From Anaeramoeba ignava BMAN (lineage: Eukaryota > Protista > Anaeramoebae): DNA of 64,000 nt. Made by a program: the position numbers and the translations under genes. The stretch is taken from contig JAPDFW010000092.1 in NCBI GenBank assembly GCA_028826165.1, forward strand, positions 620,001 to 684,000, in the 5' to 3' direction. The notes beneath the pieces were generated by a model that worked only from the letters and a program-made list of their open reading frames with translations, made no database searches and had not been told where the DNA came from. Below are positions 48,766 through 62,500 of the stretch, piece after piece. Position 1 is the stretch's first letter. The number at the start of each line of letters is the position of its first letter.

Positions 48766-49630
48766 TTCAAAAAACAGAATTTATTTCAAAAATACAATTT
48801 AATTCAACAAACACTTTAATTCAAAAAAAGATTAATTCAAAAAAAGATTAATTCAAAAATACAATTTAATTCAACAACAATTTATTTCAAAAATACAATT
48901 TATTTCAAAAATACAATTTATTTCAAAAAATAATTTATTTCAAAAATACAATTTATTTCAAAAATACAATTTAATTCAAAAATACAATTTAATTCAAAAA
49001 TACAATTTATTTCAAAAATACAATTTAATTCAACAAACACAATTTAATTTCAAAAAACAATTTAATTCAAAAATACAATTTAATTCAAAAATACAATTTA
49101 ATTCAAAAATACAATTTAATTCAAAAATATAATTTAATTCAAAAATATAATTTAATTCAAAAATACAATTTAATTCAAAAACAATTTAATTCAAAAACAT
49201 AATTTAATTCAAAAACAATTTAATTCAAAAACAATTTAATTCAAAAAACAATTTAATTCAAAAACAATTTAATTCAACAAACACAATTTAATTCAACAAA
49301 AACACAATTTAATTTCAAAAAACAATTTAATTCAAAAACAATTTAATTCAAAAATATAATTTAATTCAAAAAATATAATTTAATTCAAAATACAATTTAT
49401 TTCAAAAATACAATTTAATTCAAAAATACAATTTAATTCAACAAAAATAATTTATTTCAACAAAAATAATTTATTTCAAAAAAATAATTTAATTCAAAAA
49501 TATAATTTAATTCAACAAAAACAATTTAATTCAAAAATATAATTTAATTCAAAAATATAATTTATTTCAAAAATATAATTTAATTCAAAAATACAATTTA
49601 ATTCAAAAACACAATTTATTTCAAAAAAAT
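48765..49630 (+). repeat. ~19-20-bp minisatellite (AAAAATACAATTTAATTC) immediately 3' of the KARS stop
   Basis: Roughly 40-45 degenerate tandem copies. Confidence 0.92.
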
Positions 49631-49815
49631 AGAACAAATTTAAATTGGAAAAAATTATTTTTTTCCTTTTAAATTCTTACAAAAAAATAAATTTCATTCA
49701 TAAATAAATTTTAAAAACAATAAATACCTTTTTTTATTTTATTTTTCTTTCCTTTTCTTTTATTTAAAATAGAAAATTAATTAAAAAAAAAATTATAATG
49801 AATTTGAATTTGAAT

Positions 49816-51341
49816 TTATTTAAAAAAAGGAAGTTTTGAAATATAAAGATCAAGTTCATAAATAAATTTTTGACTTTTAATTTCTTGACCAATTTCATAA
49901 AGAGGATTTTTCATAACATAATTAGTAAATAATTCTCCATAAATATATTCAAGAGAATCAGTTAAATCACCAGTTGTTGGATCTGTTAAAATTGCCATTC
50001 TAAAACCTGAAAGACTTTCATAATAATGAAGTTTATAAGAACTTGTTGAATAACTTTTAAAAAAAGAAGGTCTATTTATTTTTATTAATTATTTAATTTA
50101 AATTTATATTTAATTTAAATTTATATTTAATTTAAATTTATATTTAATTTATATTTATATTTAATTTGAATTTATTTTTAATTTATATTTAATTTAAATT
50201 TAAATTTATATTTAATTTAAATTTATATTTAATTTAAATTTATATTTAAATTTATTTTTTTGAATTTATATTTAATTTAAATTTATTTTAATTTAAATTT
50301 ATATTTAATTTAGATTTATTTTTGAATTTATTTTAATTTGGATTTATATTTAAATTTAAATTTAATTTAATAAAATTTAAATTTTCTTTTCATAATCTAA
50401 TGAATCTGCTTTTAATTTGAATTTATATTTAATTTAAATTTATTATCTTTTGAAAAATAAAAAGATTTAAATCATTATATTTTTATTATTTTATTTTTAT
50501 TTATTTTTAAATTTGAAAAGAAATTTGAAAAATGAAAATTAAAAATTTATATTTGAAAAATTTTTATATTTAATTTTGGAAAAATTTATATTTTGATTCT
50601 TTTTATTTTGAATTTAAATAACAATTATATTTTTATTTTATTTATTTTTTAAAATTTAAATTTTTTAAAGAAAAATAAAAAGAGAAAAAGAATTTAATTT
50701 TTAAAAGAAATTTAAAGAGAAAATAATAGAAAACTTTCTTTTATTTTTAATTTGAATTTTATATTTGATTTTGAATTTAAATTTTATATTTAATTTTGAA
50801 TTTTATTTTAATTTGATTTTATTTATTTTTAATTTAAATTTATATTTAATTTTATTTATATTTAATTTAAATTTTTGATTTTATTTTTTTTAATTATTTG
50901 ATTTGATTTTGATTTTGATTTTGATTTTTGATAAAATTTTAGAATTTATATTAATTTATTTTTATATTTTTTTTAAACATATTTATTTAATTGAATTTAT
51001 TAAATTTAAGACCTTTTCTATTTATTCTTTGTTTTTTATTAAAACTATTTAAAAAATTTTATTTTTAATTTAAATTTTTTTTAATTTATATTTTTGTTTT
51101 TAATTAAAATTTATTTTTAATTTAAAATTTTTTTTTAAAATTTTGTTTTTACTTTTGAAGAGTTTTTCAGCAAGTAAAGTAAAAAAAAATCTTGAACATT
51201 TGAATTAATTAAACTTCAAGAAAATCACTTAAATTTTCTTTTTCATAATTAAAAATTTGAATTTCCAAATAAATTTTTTAAATTCATAATAATAAAGACA
51301 TTTATCCATCTTTTGAAAAAACAAAAAGATTGCTAAATCAT
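49816..51341 (-). CDS. TRAPPC1: TRAPP subunit Bet5/TRAPPC1; intact 3' exon 49816..50071, 5' part garbled
   Basis: FKSYSTSSYKLHYYESLSGFRMAILTDP..L.YIYGELFTNYVMKNPLY..IKSQKF..ELDLYISKLPFF; degenerate N-terminus (SNLFVFSKDG-KCLYYYEF) near 51341 and again near 50475. Confidence 0.8.
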
Positions 51342-52051
51342 TATTTTTTTATTATTTTATTTTTATTTATTTTTAAATTTGAAAAAGAAAAATGAAAAAA
51401 ATGAAAATTAAAAATAAAAAATTAAAAATTTTTGAATTATTTTTATTTTGGAAAATATTATTTTGATTCTTTTTGTTTGATAAATTTAAATAATAAAATA
51501 AATTGAAATTAATTTAAAATTTTAAAATTAAAAATTGAAATTTTAAATAAAAAATAAAAAATGAATTTAAAAAAAATAAAGAAAATGAATTTTTTAAAAT
51601 AAATTGAAATGAAAGAAAATAATAAAATAAAACTTTCTTTAAATTTTAAAATTAAAATTTTGATTTAAATTTAATTCAATAATTTTGATTTTGATTTTAA
51701 TTTTAATTTTTAATTTTTAATTTTGATTTTAATTTAAATTTTAATTTTGATTTAAATTTAATTTTAATTTTAAATTGAAATAAATTTGATTTTAATTTTA
51801 ATTTTAATTTTGAATTTTTAATTTTAAATTTTTAATTTTAATTTTTGATTTTGATTTTAATTTTGATTTTAATTTTGAATTTTGATTTTGATTTTAATTT
51901 TGATTTTTGATTTTGATTTTAATTTTGATTTTGATTTTAATTTTAATTTTGATTTTGATTTTGATTTTGATTTTGATTTTAATTTTGATTTTGATTTTTT
52001 GGATAAAAATTTTAGAATCAAGTAAATTTAAATATTTTCCAATATTATTTT

Positions 52052-53382
52052 TTAGCAACATGATTTCTTATCAGGAGTATCTTTATTAAATTTAAGACCT
52101 TTTCTATTCTTTGTTTTTTTCTTATTAAAACTATTTTTAAAAAAATTTTGTTTTGAATTAAAATTTTTGTTTTGAATTAAAATTTTGTTTTGGATTAAAA
52201 TTATTGTTTTGAATTAAAATTTTGTTTCTACTTTTGAAGAGTTTGTTCAGAAATAAATTTAATTAAAAAAATTCTTGAACATTTGAATTTTTTTAATGAA
52301 AATAAAAGAAAAATCAAATTTAATTTAAATTAAAAATAAAATAAATTTCTAATTAAAAATTTGAATTTCCAAATAAATTTTTAATAAATTTCTTGATATA
52401 AATTTACTTGTCCATCTTCATAACTAACAACTCTTTGTTGTGCTAAATCTGTTTTATTTCCAACTAAAATATTCACAACATTTTCTGGTGCATTTTTTTT
52501 AATTTCTTGAAACCAAAGTTTTATTTGATCAAAAGTATCTTTGAAATTAGTAATATCATAAAACAACCATAATTCCATCTGCATTTCTATAATAAGAAAT
52601 TTAATTGTTCAATAAAATAAATTTAATTAATAAAATAAATTGAAATAAATTTAAATTAATAAAATAAATTGAAATTAATTTAAATTAATAAAATAAATTG
52701 AAATTAATTTAATTAATAAAATAAATTGAAATAAATTTAAATTAATAAAATAAATTGAAATAAATTTAATTAATAAAATAAATTGAAATTAATTTAAATA
52801 ATAAAACAAATTGAAATAAATTTAATTAATAAAATAAATTGAAATAAATTTAATTTAATAAAATAAATTGAAATAAATTTAAATTAATAAAATAAATTGA
52901 AATAATTTAATTAATAAAATAAATTGAAATAAATTTAATTAATAAAATAAATTGTATATTTTGCTTTAAAAGAAAAAAAATGAAGTATTTTCTTTTTCTT
53001 TTTCTTTTTTTTTTGCTTTTTTTTAAAGTATAATTTACCAGCAGTATCCCACTAAATAAAAAGAAAATAATTTTATTAAATAATTTAATTAATAAATTAA
53101 AATAAATTTATTAATTAATTATTGTTTTTTTTTTATATAAATTAATTTCAAAATTAAAAATAACTTATATAAAAAAAAAAACGTTTTTAAATTTAAATTT
53201 AATACAATTTGTAATTTAACAACTTCATCATTTATTTTAACAGTTGCAAATCTAAAATCAACACCGATTGTTGTTCCTAAATCTTCATTAAATTGATTAT
53301 CACAAAATCTAAGTAAAAGTGAACTTTTTCCAACAAGAGAATTTCCAATAATTAATATTTTTAATGTTTTGGATTGAGACAT
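52052..53382 (-). CDS. Rab GTPase (Rab1/Rab18-like), multi-exon, partly garbled
   Basis: Exon 53206..53382 (GNSLVGKSSLLLRF, TIGVDF), 13-nt exon 53039..53051 (WDTAG), YYRNADG..YDIT..LVGNKTDL at ~52409-52600, C-terminal NKDTPDKKSCC* ending 52052. Confidence 0.85.
52610..52955. repeat. ~28-29-bp intronic minisatellite (TAATAAAATAAATTGAAATAAATTTAAAT)
   Basis: About 12 tandem copies within a Rab intron. Confidence 0.9.
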
Positions 53383-53510
53383 ATTTTTAAAAAGAAAAAA
53401 GAAAATAAAAATGAAAAAAAAAAATGAAAAAAATTTATTTTAATAATTTTTTTTTTTGCTTTTTTTTTATTTTCCAAATTTTAAATTTTATAATTTTATA
53501 TTTTTAATTT

Positions 53511-56500
53511 TTATTTTCTTTTCCAGATAAAAACATCTTTCTTTAAATCTTTAATTGAATTTTTTTTAATTTCTTTTTTTTGATTATTTTCAAAATTTTT
53601 GGAATTTTTTGATTTTTCTTTTTCATTTCCAATAAAACCAGAAAATAAATCATCTAAACTTGTATTTGTTTGTTTAAATTCTTTTGGAATAGATCCTTTA
53701 ATTTCATTGAAATTTGGAATAAAATCTTCATCTTCATAATCATAATCATTTTTATTTTCATTTTCATAATCATTTTTATTTTTATTTTTATTTTTATTTT
53801 CATTTTTATTTTCATTTTTATTTTCATTTTTACTTGAATGTAAAAATAATTTTCGAAAATTTAATTTTGGATTTGATTTTAGATTTTGATTTAAAATTAG
53901 ATTTTGATTTAAATTTTGATTTAAATTTTGATTTTGATTTTGATTTTGATTTTGATTTTGATTTTGATTTTGATTTAAATTTTGATTTTGATTTTGATTT
54001 TGATTTAAATTTGGATTTGATATTTTATTTTTGGAAATTTTGATTCTTCTTTCTCTTTCAAGATTTGGTATTCTTTTTGAATTATTTGAATTATTTGAAT
54101 TTTTTGAATTATTTAAACTTTTTGAATCATCTGAATCAATAAATAAATTTTTTGAATCATTAAACAAATTTTGATATTCTTGATTTTCATTTGAATTTTT
54201 TGAATCATTTAAACTTTTTGAATCAATAAATAAATTTTTATGTTCTTCATTTTCCTTTGAAAGAAGTTCATTAAGATCTGGAAGTGAATTAATAAAATCA
54301 TTTCCATCAATAAAAGTATAAAAATCATCCAAATTCAATCCGGTTGGAGCAATTTTTTTTCTTTTTTCTTTTTCAATTAACCTGATGATTTTTGAATTAG
54401 TTGAGTTAGTTGAAGTGACTGAAGTTATTGATCGAGTTTCATCTGAATCATTGATAACATTTTCAAATTCATCTAAAAAAGGATCTTTTAGTTTTGAAGA
54501 TTTTTTATTTGATTTTTTTTGACTGAAATCTTCACCAATTGTTAATTTTCTTTCACTTCTTGGAGTTTTATTTAATTCAGCATTTTTGATTTGTGTGAAA
54601 TTTTCTATATTTTTTAATGCTTCTTCTTGAACCAAATCTTCACTTAAAGCAAGATCAGAATCATCACTATCAGAATCTTCTGTAGTTGAATAATCAAAAA
54701 TACTTTCAAATCCATCATCACTTGTTGTGATTAAATTCTTATTTGATAAGAAAATAGACATGAATTCATTCTTTTCATTTTCATCGCTAAAAGAAAAAAT
54801 ATAGGAAGTTGGTTCGTTATCAAAAATTAATCTGCAAGTGAATGCTAATGTTGGATGGACAAACAATTTCACATTAAAAAGTTTCTTTTTAACAAGTTCA
54901 TTGCATAAAATGATAATTTTTTTCTTACTCAATTTGACAACTCCACTTGTAATGAATTTCAAATCTTCTTGATAAAAAGTCACGAAAAATTTTCTTGTGA
55001 TTAAACTGTTGTTTTTGGTTTTTCGATAAGTGGAAAACGTTTTAATGCAGATATCATTAAAATGCTCAATAAAACTGCGTTTTTCTTCTTCGCTTATAAA
55101 TTTCAGATAAAGTTCATAACCATTTTTTAATTCAATAATTAGAACTAAATTTTTTTTTGTTGAAGTGTACATTTTGATAGACGGATGATAACAAGAAATC
55201 AATCCAAAACAAAAAAAGCAAATTCTTCCAGGAGATAAAATCAATGTTAAGGGCAATGGTTGGTAATTTTCATTTACTAATTCGACTTGATAAAAAAGAG
55301 CATCTCCTTGAATGCATCCTCCCAAATAACGATATTGCTTTTCTTGAAATCTCTTGATAAAATATGCTAGCAAATTGGGATCTGAGAAATTGATTTGCAA
55401 ATAATTTATGGAATCCAAATAGAAATCCAATAGATTATTTTCCGCATTCTCAATTTTGTTAAATATTGAATAATCTAATGTTATTTCTTCATTTGCATAT
55501 GAAAATGTAAAGTTATGTTCTTTAAAAATAAAAGACCCATTTAGACTTTTCCCGTCTATATCGTAGAAAACAACTGGAATTGGATCATGCTCTTGATATA
55601 TTAAAACATTTTTGGACTTCTTCTTTTGGAAATCCTTTTGGAATGTATTTTTCATCTCTTTTCTTGGGAAAACAAATTCCACAAATATAAATTCATCAAT
55701 ATAAAAAAAGCATAAATTTGGATCATTTTCATTTGATTCAAGACGAGAAAATGGGGAGTAAAATCTTGAAATAATTTGATCATCGAAATGAATTTTGAAA
55801 TGATCATCAAAGAGAACAATTTCAATAATTTGGGAATATTCATCAAAAGAATTTAAAGCACTAAATTTGTATGTATATTCCTTAGTATGTGCTTCATCAG
55901 AAATTGTATTTTTTTCATTTTGATGTCGAATATAGGTGTATCTACTTCTTTTGAATTCAATTCCATCAAATAACATTTCATAACTTTTCACAAAGCTTGG
56001 ATTTTTCAAAAATAGATAATCAATTTGGGTAATTTCAATATCATTATTTTTTGCATTTTCATTATTTTCATTATTTTCATTATTTTCCTTGTTTTCATTA
56101 TTTTCATTATTTTCCTTGTTTTCATTACTTTCATTATTTTCATTACTTTCATTATTTTCATTATTTTCATTGTTTTCCTTGTTTTCCTTGTTTTCATTAT
56201 TTTCTTTGTTTTCTTTGTTTTTGTTTTTATTATTTTTATTATTTTTATTGTTTTTATTATTTTTATTTTTATTATTTTTCCTTTTGCTTTCAGATTTTGG
56301 AGTCAAAAAAGTTAAGCACCCTTCTGTCACATTCTGAGAATTAATCAAAAAACAATTTTGTTCATTTTGTGGGAATCGATTTCCTGTGAAAGATTTACGT
56401 TTTTCTTCTTCAACCATAAATCTTTTCTTGAATTCAATAAAAACATTCAAAATCATAGTTCGTGTTAAAGTGTCTTCAACTCTACAATGAAATTTTTTGG

Positions 56501-59024
56501 TTGTATTTATCTCTAGCAAAAAATCTTGCTGATAAAAAGGATGGATAAATATTTTGTGCTCGTGAGTAAATGTTGATAAAATCAAAAAGCTCTTTTTCTT
56601 GAATTTTCCATTTTCAATTTCTGTTGTTAATTCTTCTGTTGATTTTGGAGGTTTTGTGAATTTGATTTCAAACCCTTCTTTTTTAAAAATCAACTTTGCT
56701 TTTTTTGAAACTTCATTAATAAATATATTCACCATAAAAGTTGCTTTTTGCTTGTTTAATAATTTGGATATTTTCTTTCGGAGTTTGGAGATGTAATGGT
56801 TTTGTTCTTGGAAAATTATTTTGGATGGTTTGACTTTTTGGTTGTGTTTTTTTATTTGGAAGTTTGAAGCGTGAGCAGATTTTACATCAAATTCTGAAAT
56901 GAATTGAGTTTGTTCTTGATTTCTTGAAAAGGGTATTTGGGAAACCATTGCGTTTGAAATATCAAATTTTACCTGATTTTTTTCCTGATCAAATGGAAGC
57001 AATTTTTTTTGCTCTTGCAATATTTTGTTTGATGTTTCCAAATTTGAGGCAAGTATTTGAGAATATAAGTTTTCATTTTGATTCCCTAAGAAATTCATTT
57101 GATCCAAGTGGGTTGATTCAACCAAATTATTAAATCCATATAGGGATTCAAAAATGATTTTGCATTGATCTCTTGTTTTTGTTTGGATGAATATCAAAGA
57201 TTCATCATTTTGTTTCATCTCGTTTTTCTTTTCAATTTTGATTTTGATATTGTTTGCTGTTTTGTGCATGAAAAATGTCATGAAATTCTTATCCCAATCG
57301 CATTCGAAAAGATCGAAATTCTTGCAATTAATACTTAAACCTTCCTTTGTCAAACGAAGAATAATTGGTTCAATTGTTTTTGTATTTGTAAGAATACTTG
57401 CAGAGAATGTCGCATGTCCATTCATGATATGGCGAAGAACTATTGCATCAATCTCACCCTTTTTGCCTATTATTTCACCAGTGAAAGTACATGAATCAAT
57501 CTTTTCATCCAAATATTTATGAAACATTAACAAAGTTTTCCAAATGATCATTTTTTCATTCTCATTCAAACAACATAAATAATAACCTGCCGAATTATCA
57601 ACAACAATTTTTAATAATTTGCTGTTCTTTGAATTCAGCATCACTTTCAAAGATTTAATTTTTAAAAAAGAATGTGAAACTTCTATTTTTTCCGAAAACA
57701 TAATTTGGAATTTTTGTGTTGTAATGTTCAAAATGGTTCTAATTTTATTTCCAGAACTGATAACAAATTCAACAATAAATTTCGCAAAACCTGCAGCAAA
57801 ATATCTTTGGATTAATAAAATTAACTTTTCGTCAATTACTTGTTCTTCCATATTCGGATTTTTTCCTGATAATTGAAAAAATGGTTTGTTTTGAGTCTTT
57901 TGTAATTGGTTATTTTGAAAAAGAGAAATAATTTCTTCGTCATTTTGTTTTTCTTCTTTGGCAATTTTGATAGGGTATTCAACCAAATTCATTTTGCTAT
58001 TCATTTTATTTTGGTAAAATATTTGTAATTTTAAAAGAATATCATTTATTATTTGAGATTTCTGAGTTTTATCATGAGCCTCGCTTAATTCCTGATCAAT
58101 TTGACTGAATTGGTGTTGTTGAAAGATTTTTATAAACTTTTCGAAATTCTGGAAAATATCACCTCTTTTTAAAATTAATATAAAATTAAATTAAAATTAA
58201 ATTAAAATTAAATTAAAATTAAATTAAAATTAAATTAAAATTAAATTAAAAATAAAATTAAAAATTAAATTAAAATTAAAATTAAAAAAAATTAAATTAA
58301 ATTAAAAAAATAAAATTTAAAAATAAAATTAAATTAAAATTAAATTAAATTAAAATTAAAATTAAAATTAAATTAAAATTAAATTAAATTAAATTAAATT
58401 AAAATTAAATATAAAATTAAAATTAAAAATTAATATAAAATTAATATAAAATTAAATTAAAATTGAATTAAAATTAAATTAAATTAAAATTAAAATTGAA
58501 TTAAAATTAATATAAAATTGATTTTAAAAATTTAATTAAAATTGAATTAAAATTAAAATTGAATTAAAATTAAAATTAAAAAAAATAAATTAAAAATAAA
58601 ATTAAAAATTGAATTAAAATTAAATTAAAATTAAAATTGAAATTAAAAAATTAAAATTAATATAGAATTAAATTAAAATTGAATTAAAATTGAATTAAAA
58701 TTAAAATTAAATTAAATTAAAATTGAATTAAATTAAATTTAAATAAAATTAAAATTAAATTAAAATTAAATTAAAATTAAATTAAAATTGAATTAAAATT
58801 GATTTAGAATTTAATATAGAATTAAATGTTTTTGGGTTGCTTTTGCATTTTATTTTTATAAAGGTTTACTTTATAAATGTTGGTGGTGTAATTTCTGGAT
58901 ATAATTCTTGAATAAATTTTGTAAAAAATATTAAAAGTTCATCTTCTTGAATTGTTTCTGAATCTGATTGATTTAAAAATTTTGAAATCCATTTTATATT
59001 TTTAGAATTTAATTCAATTTGCAT
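53511..59024 (-). CDS. Large uncharacterised protein, possible N-terminal calponin-homology-like domain and tandem PH-like modules; exons 58870..59024 and 53511..58164
   Basis: 1497-aa ORF is open upstream to an acceptor at 58165; phase-2 GTAAAC..AAAAAG intron joins it to MQIELNSKNIKWISKFLN; domain calls are pattern impressions only. Confidence 0.65.
58170..58825. repeat. Intronic (AAATT/AAAATT)n repeat
   Basis: Fills intron 58165..58869. Confidence 0.9.
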
Positions 59025-59588
59025 TTTTTTTTTTAAATGTTTTAAATAGAAATAAGAATAATAAGAATTAAAAGAATTAAATGAAAAAATGAAAATGAAA
59101 AAATGAAAAAAAAAAAAAGAAATTTTTTTTAATTATTTTTTTTTTTGCTTGTTTAATTACAATTTTGCCAAATAATCATTAATCATTATTCCCATTTTTA
59201 ATTTTAAAATTATTATTAAAATCTTTTTTTTATTCTATTCCTTTTTTATTTTTTTTACTTTCCAAAAAATAATTTTGATTAAAAAAAAAAATAATTTTTA
59301 AATAAGAAAATGATTCATCAAAAAATTTAAAAAATAAAAATAAAAATAAAAATGAGAAAATAAAACTAATTATTTTTTGTTTTTTTTTTTTGCCCAGATC
59401 ATTTAAATAAATAAATAAAAATAAATTAAATAAAAATAAATTTAAAAAAAAATGACTTTGATGGCAAATCGAAACCCTTTCAATTAGAAAAAAATTTTTT
59501 TTTTAAATTATTTTTTCATTTTTCTTTTTATATTTTTTTTTTATTTTGAATTGAATTTTTCTTTTTTTTTTTTTTTCTAAATCAAAAA

Positions 59589-62500
59589 ATGAAATCTAGT
59601 ACTTCAGTTTTGAATAAAGAACCAACAGAATCTGTAAGTTATAAATAATTAAAATTTAAAAGATCAAAATGGAGTTTTTTTTTTAAATAAATTTTTTAAT
59701 TAATTGATTATTGGAAAATTTTGATGAATCAGATCATTTTATTTTAATTATTTTTTTTTTGAATTTTGATTTAACCCCTTTTGCCATTAATTTATAATTT
59801 TAATTTTAATTTTAATTTTAATATTAATTTTAATTTTAATTTTAATTTTAATTTTAATTTTAATTTTAATTTTAATATTAATTTTGATTTTAAATATTAA
59901 TTTTAATTTTAATATTAATTTTAATTTTGATTTATAATTTTAATTTTAATTTTAATTTTAATTTTAATTTTAATTTTAATTTAAATATTAATTTTAATTT
60001 TAATTTTAATTTTAATTTTAATTTTTAAATATTAATTTTTAATTTTTAATTTTAATTTTAAATTTAAATTTTTGATTTTAATTTTTAATTTTAATTTTAA
60101 TTTTAATTTTAATATTAATTTTTAATTTTTAATTTTTAATTTTAATTTTAATTTTAATTTTAATTTTAATTTTGATTTTAATATTAATTTTAATTTTAAT
60201 TTAATTTTAATTTTAATTTTAATTTTAATTTTAATTTTAATTTTAATTTTAATTTTAATTTTAATTTTAATTTTAATTTTGATTTTAATTTTAATTTTAA
60301 TTTTAATTTTAATTTTAAATTTAATTTTTAATTTTAATTTTAATATTAATTTGAATTTTAAATTTTAATTTTAATTTTATATTAATTTTAATTTTAATTT
60401 TAAATTAATTATAATTTTAAATTTAGTTTGAATATGAAGAAGATTTTCATGGTCCAATTTCAGATCGAAAATGCAAAGTAAATTTAATCCATTTCCAAAA
60501 CAAAACAAAAAATACACTTGATTCAATTAAAATTTCTAATAAATTATTATTGTTTTTTTTTTTTAAATAATAAAAGGATGTCTTCTGCTTAATTATATTC
60601 ATTGCTTTTTGGATTGGAATGTTTATCATTATGATTGTTGGATTTGCAACAGGAACACCAAAAAGGTTTTTAATCAACATCAAAATTAAAATGAAAGAAA
60701 ATTTTTTTCAAACAAAATTTTTTAAAATGATGAATTTATAAATAGACTTTATTATCCAAGCGATTATCGAGGAAATGTATGTGGAATGGATAATTCAAAA
60801 CTTAAAAGCCAACTTTCTAATCAAGTTACAAGCGAATCTGATCTCGATTTCTTAACAGATTTGACATCAAAAACCAAATGTTTTTTCCCAGCAAATCAAA
60901 TAGGTCATGAATTTTGTATTTCTTCATGTCCTTCTTCTGGAACTTTAACAGATGCAGAAGCAGATAATTGTCCATCAAATCAACTTACAACTTATATGAC
61001 AGGTGATCCTAATTTTGCATCAAGTTATTGTGCTTATAAATCAACTTCAAGTAAGAATGAAAATGAAAAAAAAAATGAAAAAAATTTTTTAATTTAAAAT
61101 TTATTTTTTTATTTTTTTTCTTTTTTTTTAGTTTTAAGAAGATGTCTTCCTGAATTAACTAGTAGTGAAAGTACAAATAATAATGCAACTAATTCAGCAA
61201 AAAGTAGTGATAAAAATAGTGCAACTGTTGCTAAAATTATGGGAGCTTTTGTTCAAAGTTGGTGGGTTTTTATTGTTGCTTGTTTTGCTGCTGTTGTTTT
61301 CTCGTTTATTTGGTTATGGTTTATGAGACTTTTTGGAGGATTTCTTGTTTGGTTAACAGTTTTATTTTTCTTAGCATCATTAGGACTTTTAACTTGGTAT
61401 TTTTATTTTGAATGTAAGTTTAAAAATCAAAATCAAAATCAAAATCAAAACCAAAATCAAAAATCAAAATCAAAATCAAAATCGGAAAAAAAATAGGGCA
61501 TAAAAGTTCACAAATTCCTTCTTCAAAAAAATTGGATAGTGATAAAAGAAATGAATTAGGATTTAAAGTTTTATTTTGGATAATGGTTGCAGTTGATGTT
61601 ATTGCAATTATACTTGTTATTTACTTAAGAAAGAAAATTATGTTAGCAATTGCATTGATTAAAGAAGCAGTTTCAGCAGTGAAAGCAATGCCTTCTATTT
61701 TCTTCTTTCCTTTTGTTACATTTTTAATGCTTTTAGTTCTTTATGCATATTGGATTGCAGTTGCAAGGTAAATTATTATTTCAGAAGATTTTCTAAATGA
61801 TTTAATTTTTAATTTTAATTTTTATTAGTTTCCTTATGAGTTCTGGAAAACCAACAATTAAACAGAAAGATTCTTATTATTATTTAGATTATGTTAATAC
61901 AAAAGCTATGAATTATTTGACTATTTATCATTTCTTTGGGCTTTTATGGGGAACAGCTTTGATAACAGCAATTTCTGAATCAACTATTGCAGGAGCAATT
62001 TCGAGTTGGTATTGGACAAGAGATAAACATGTTAGTTATTCAATGAGAATAAAATAGAAAATATTAAATTAAATATTAAATTAAATATTAAATATTAAAA
62101 TAAATATTAAAATAAATATTAAATTAAATATTAAATTAAATATTAAATTAAATATTAAATTAAATATTAATTTTTTATAAAAAGAATATCCCACCAAGTC
62201 CAGTTAAATCATCTTTCAAAAGAATGCTTAGATATCATTTAGGATCTTTAGCTTTTGGAGCTTTATTAATTGCAATTGTTAGAATGATTCGTTATATGAT
62301 TGAATTAATTCAAAGAAGATTAAAAAGAGCGAAAAAGAACAAGTGTATAAGTTATTGTTTTTATTGCATGAAATATTGTTTATATTGTCTTGAATCCTGG
62401 TTAAAATTTATAACTCGAAATGCATATATTATGGTAAAAAATAAAATCGGAAAAAAATTAAAATTAAAATTAATTAAAATTAAAATTAAAATTAAAATTA

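Noticed and set aside
9144-53382. Functional ER-stress/autophagy cluster (IRE1, EPG5, UFSP, TRAPP, Rab)
   Set aside because: Genes are interspersed with unrelated ones on both strands; no evidence beyond theme
59790-60420. Telomeric repeat
   Set aside because: TTTTAA has no G-rich strand and lies inside a frame-validated intron
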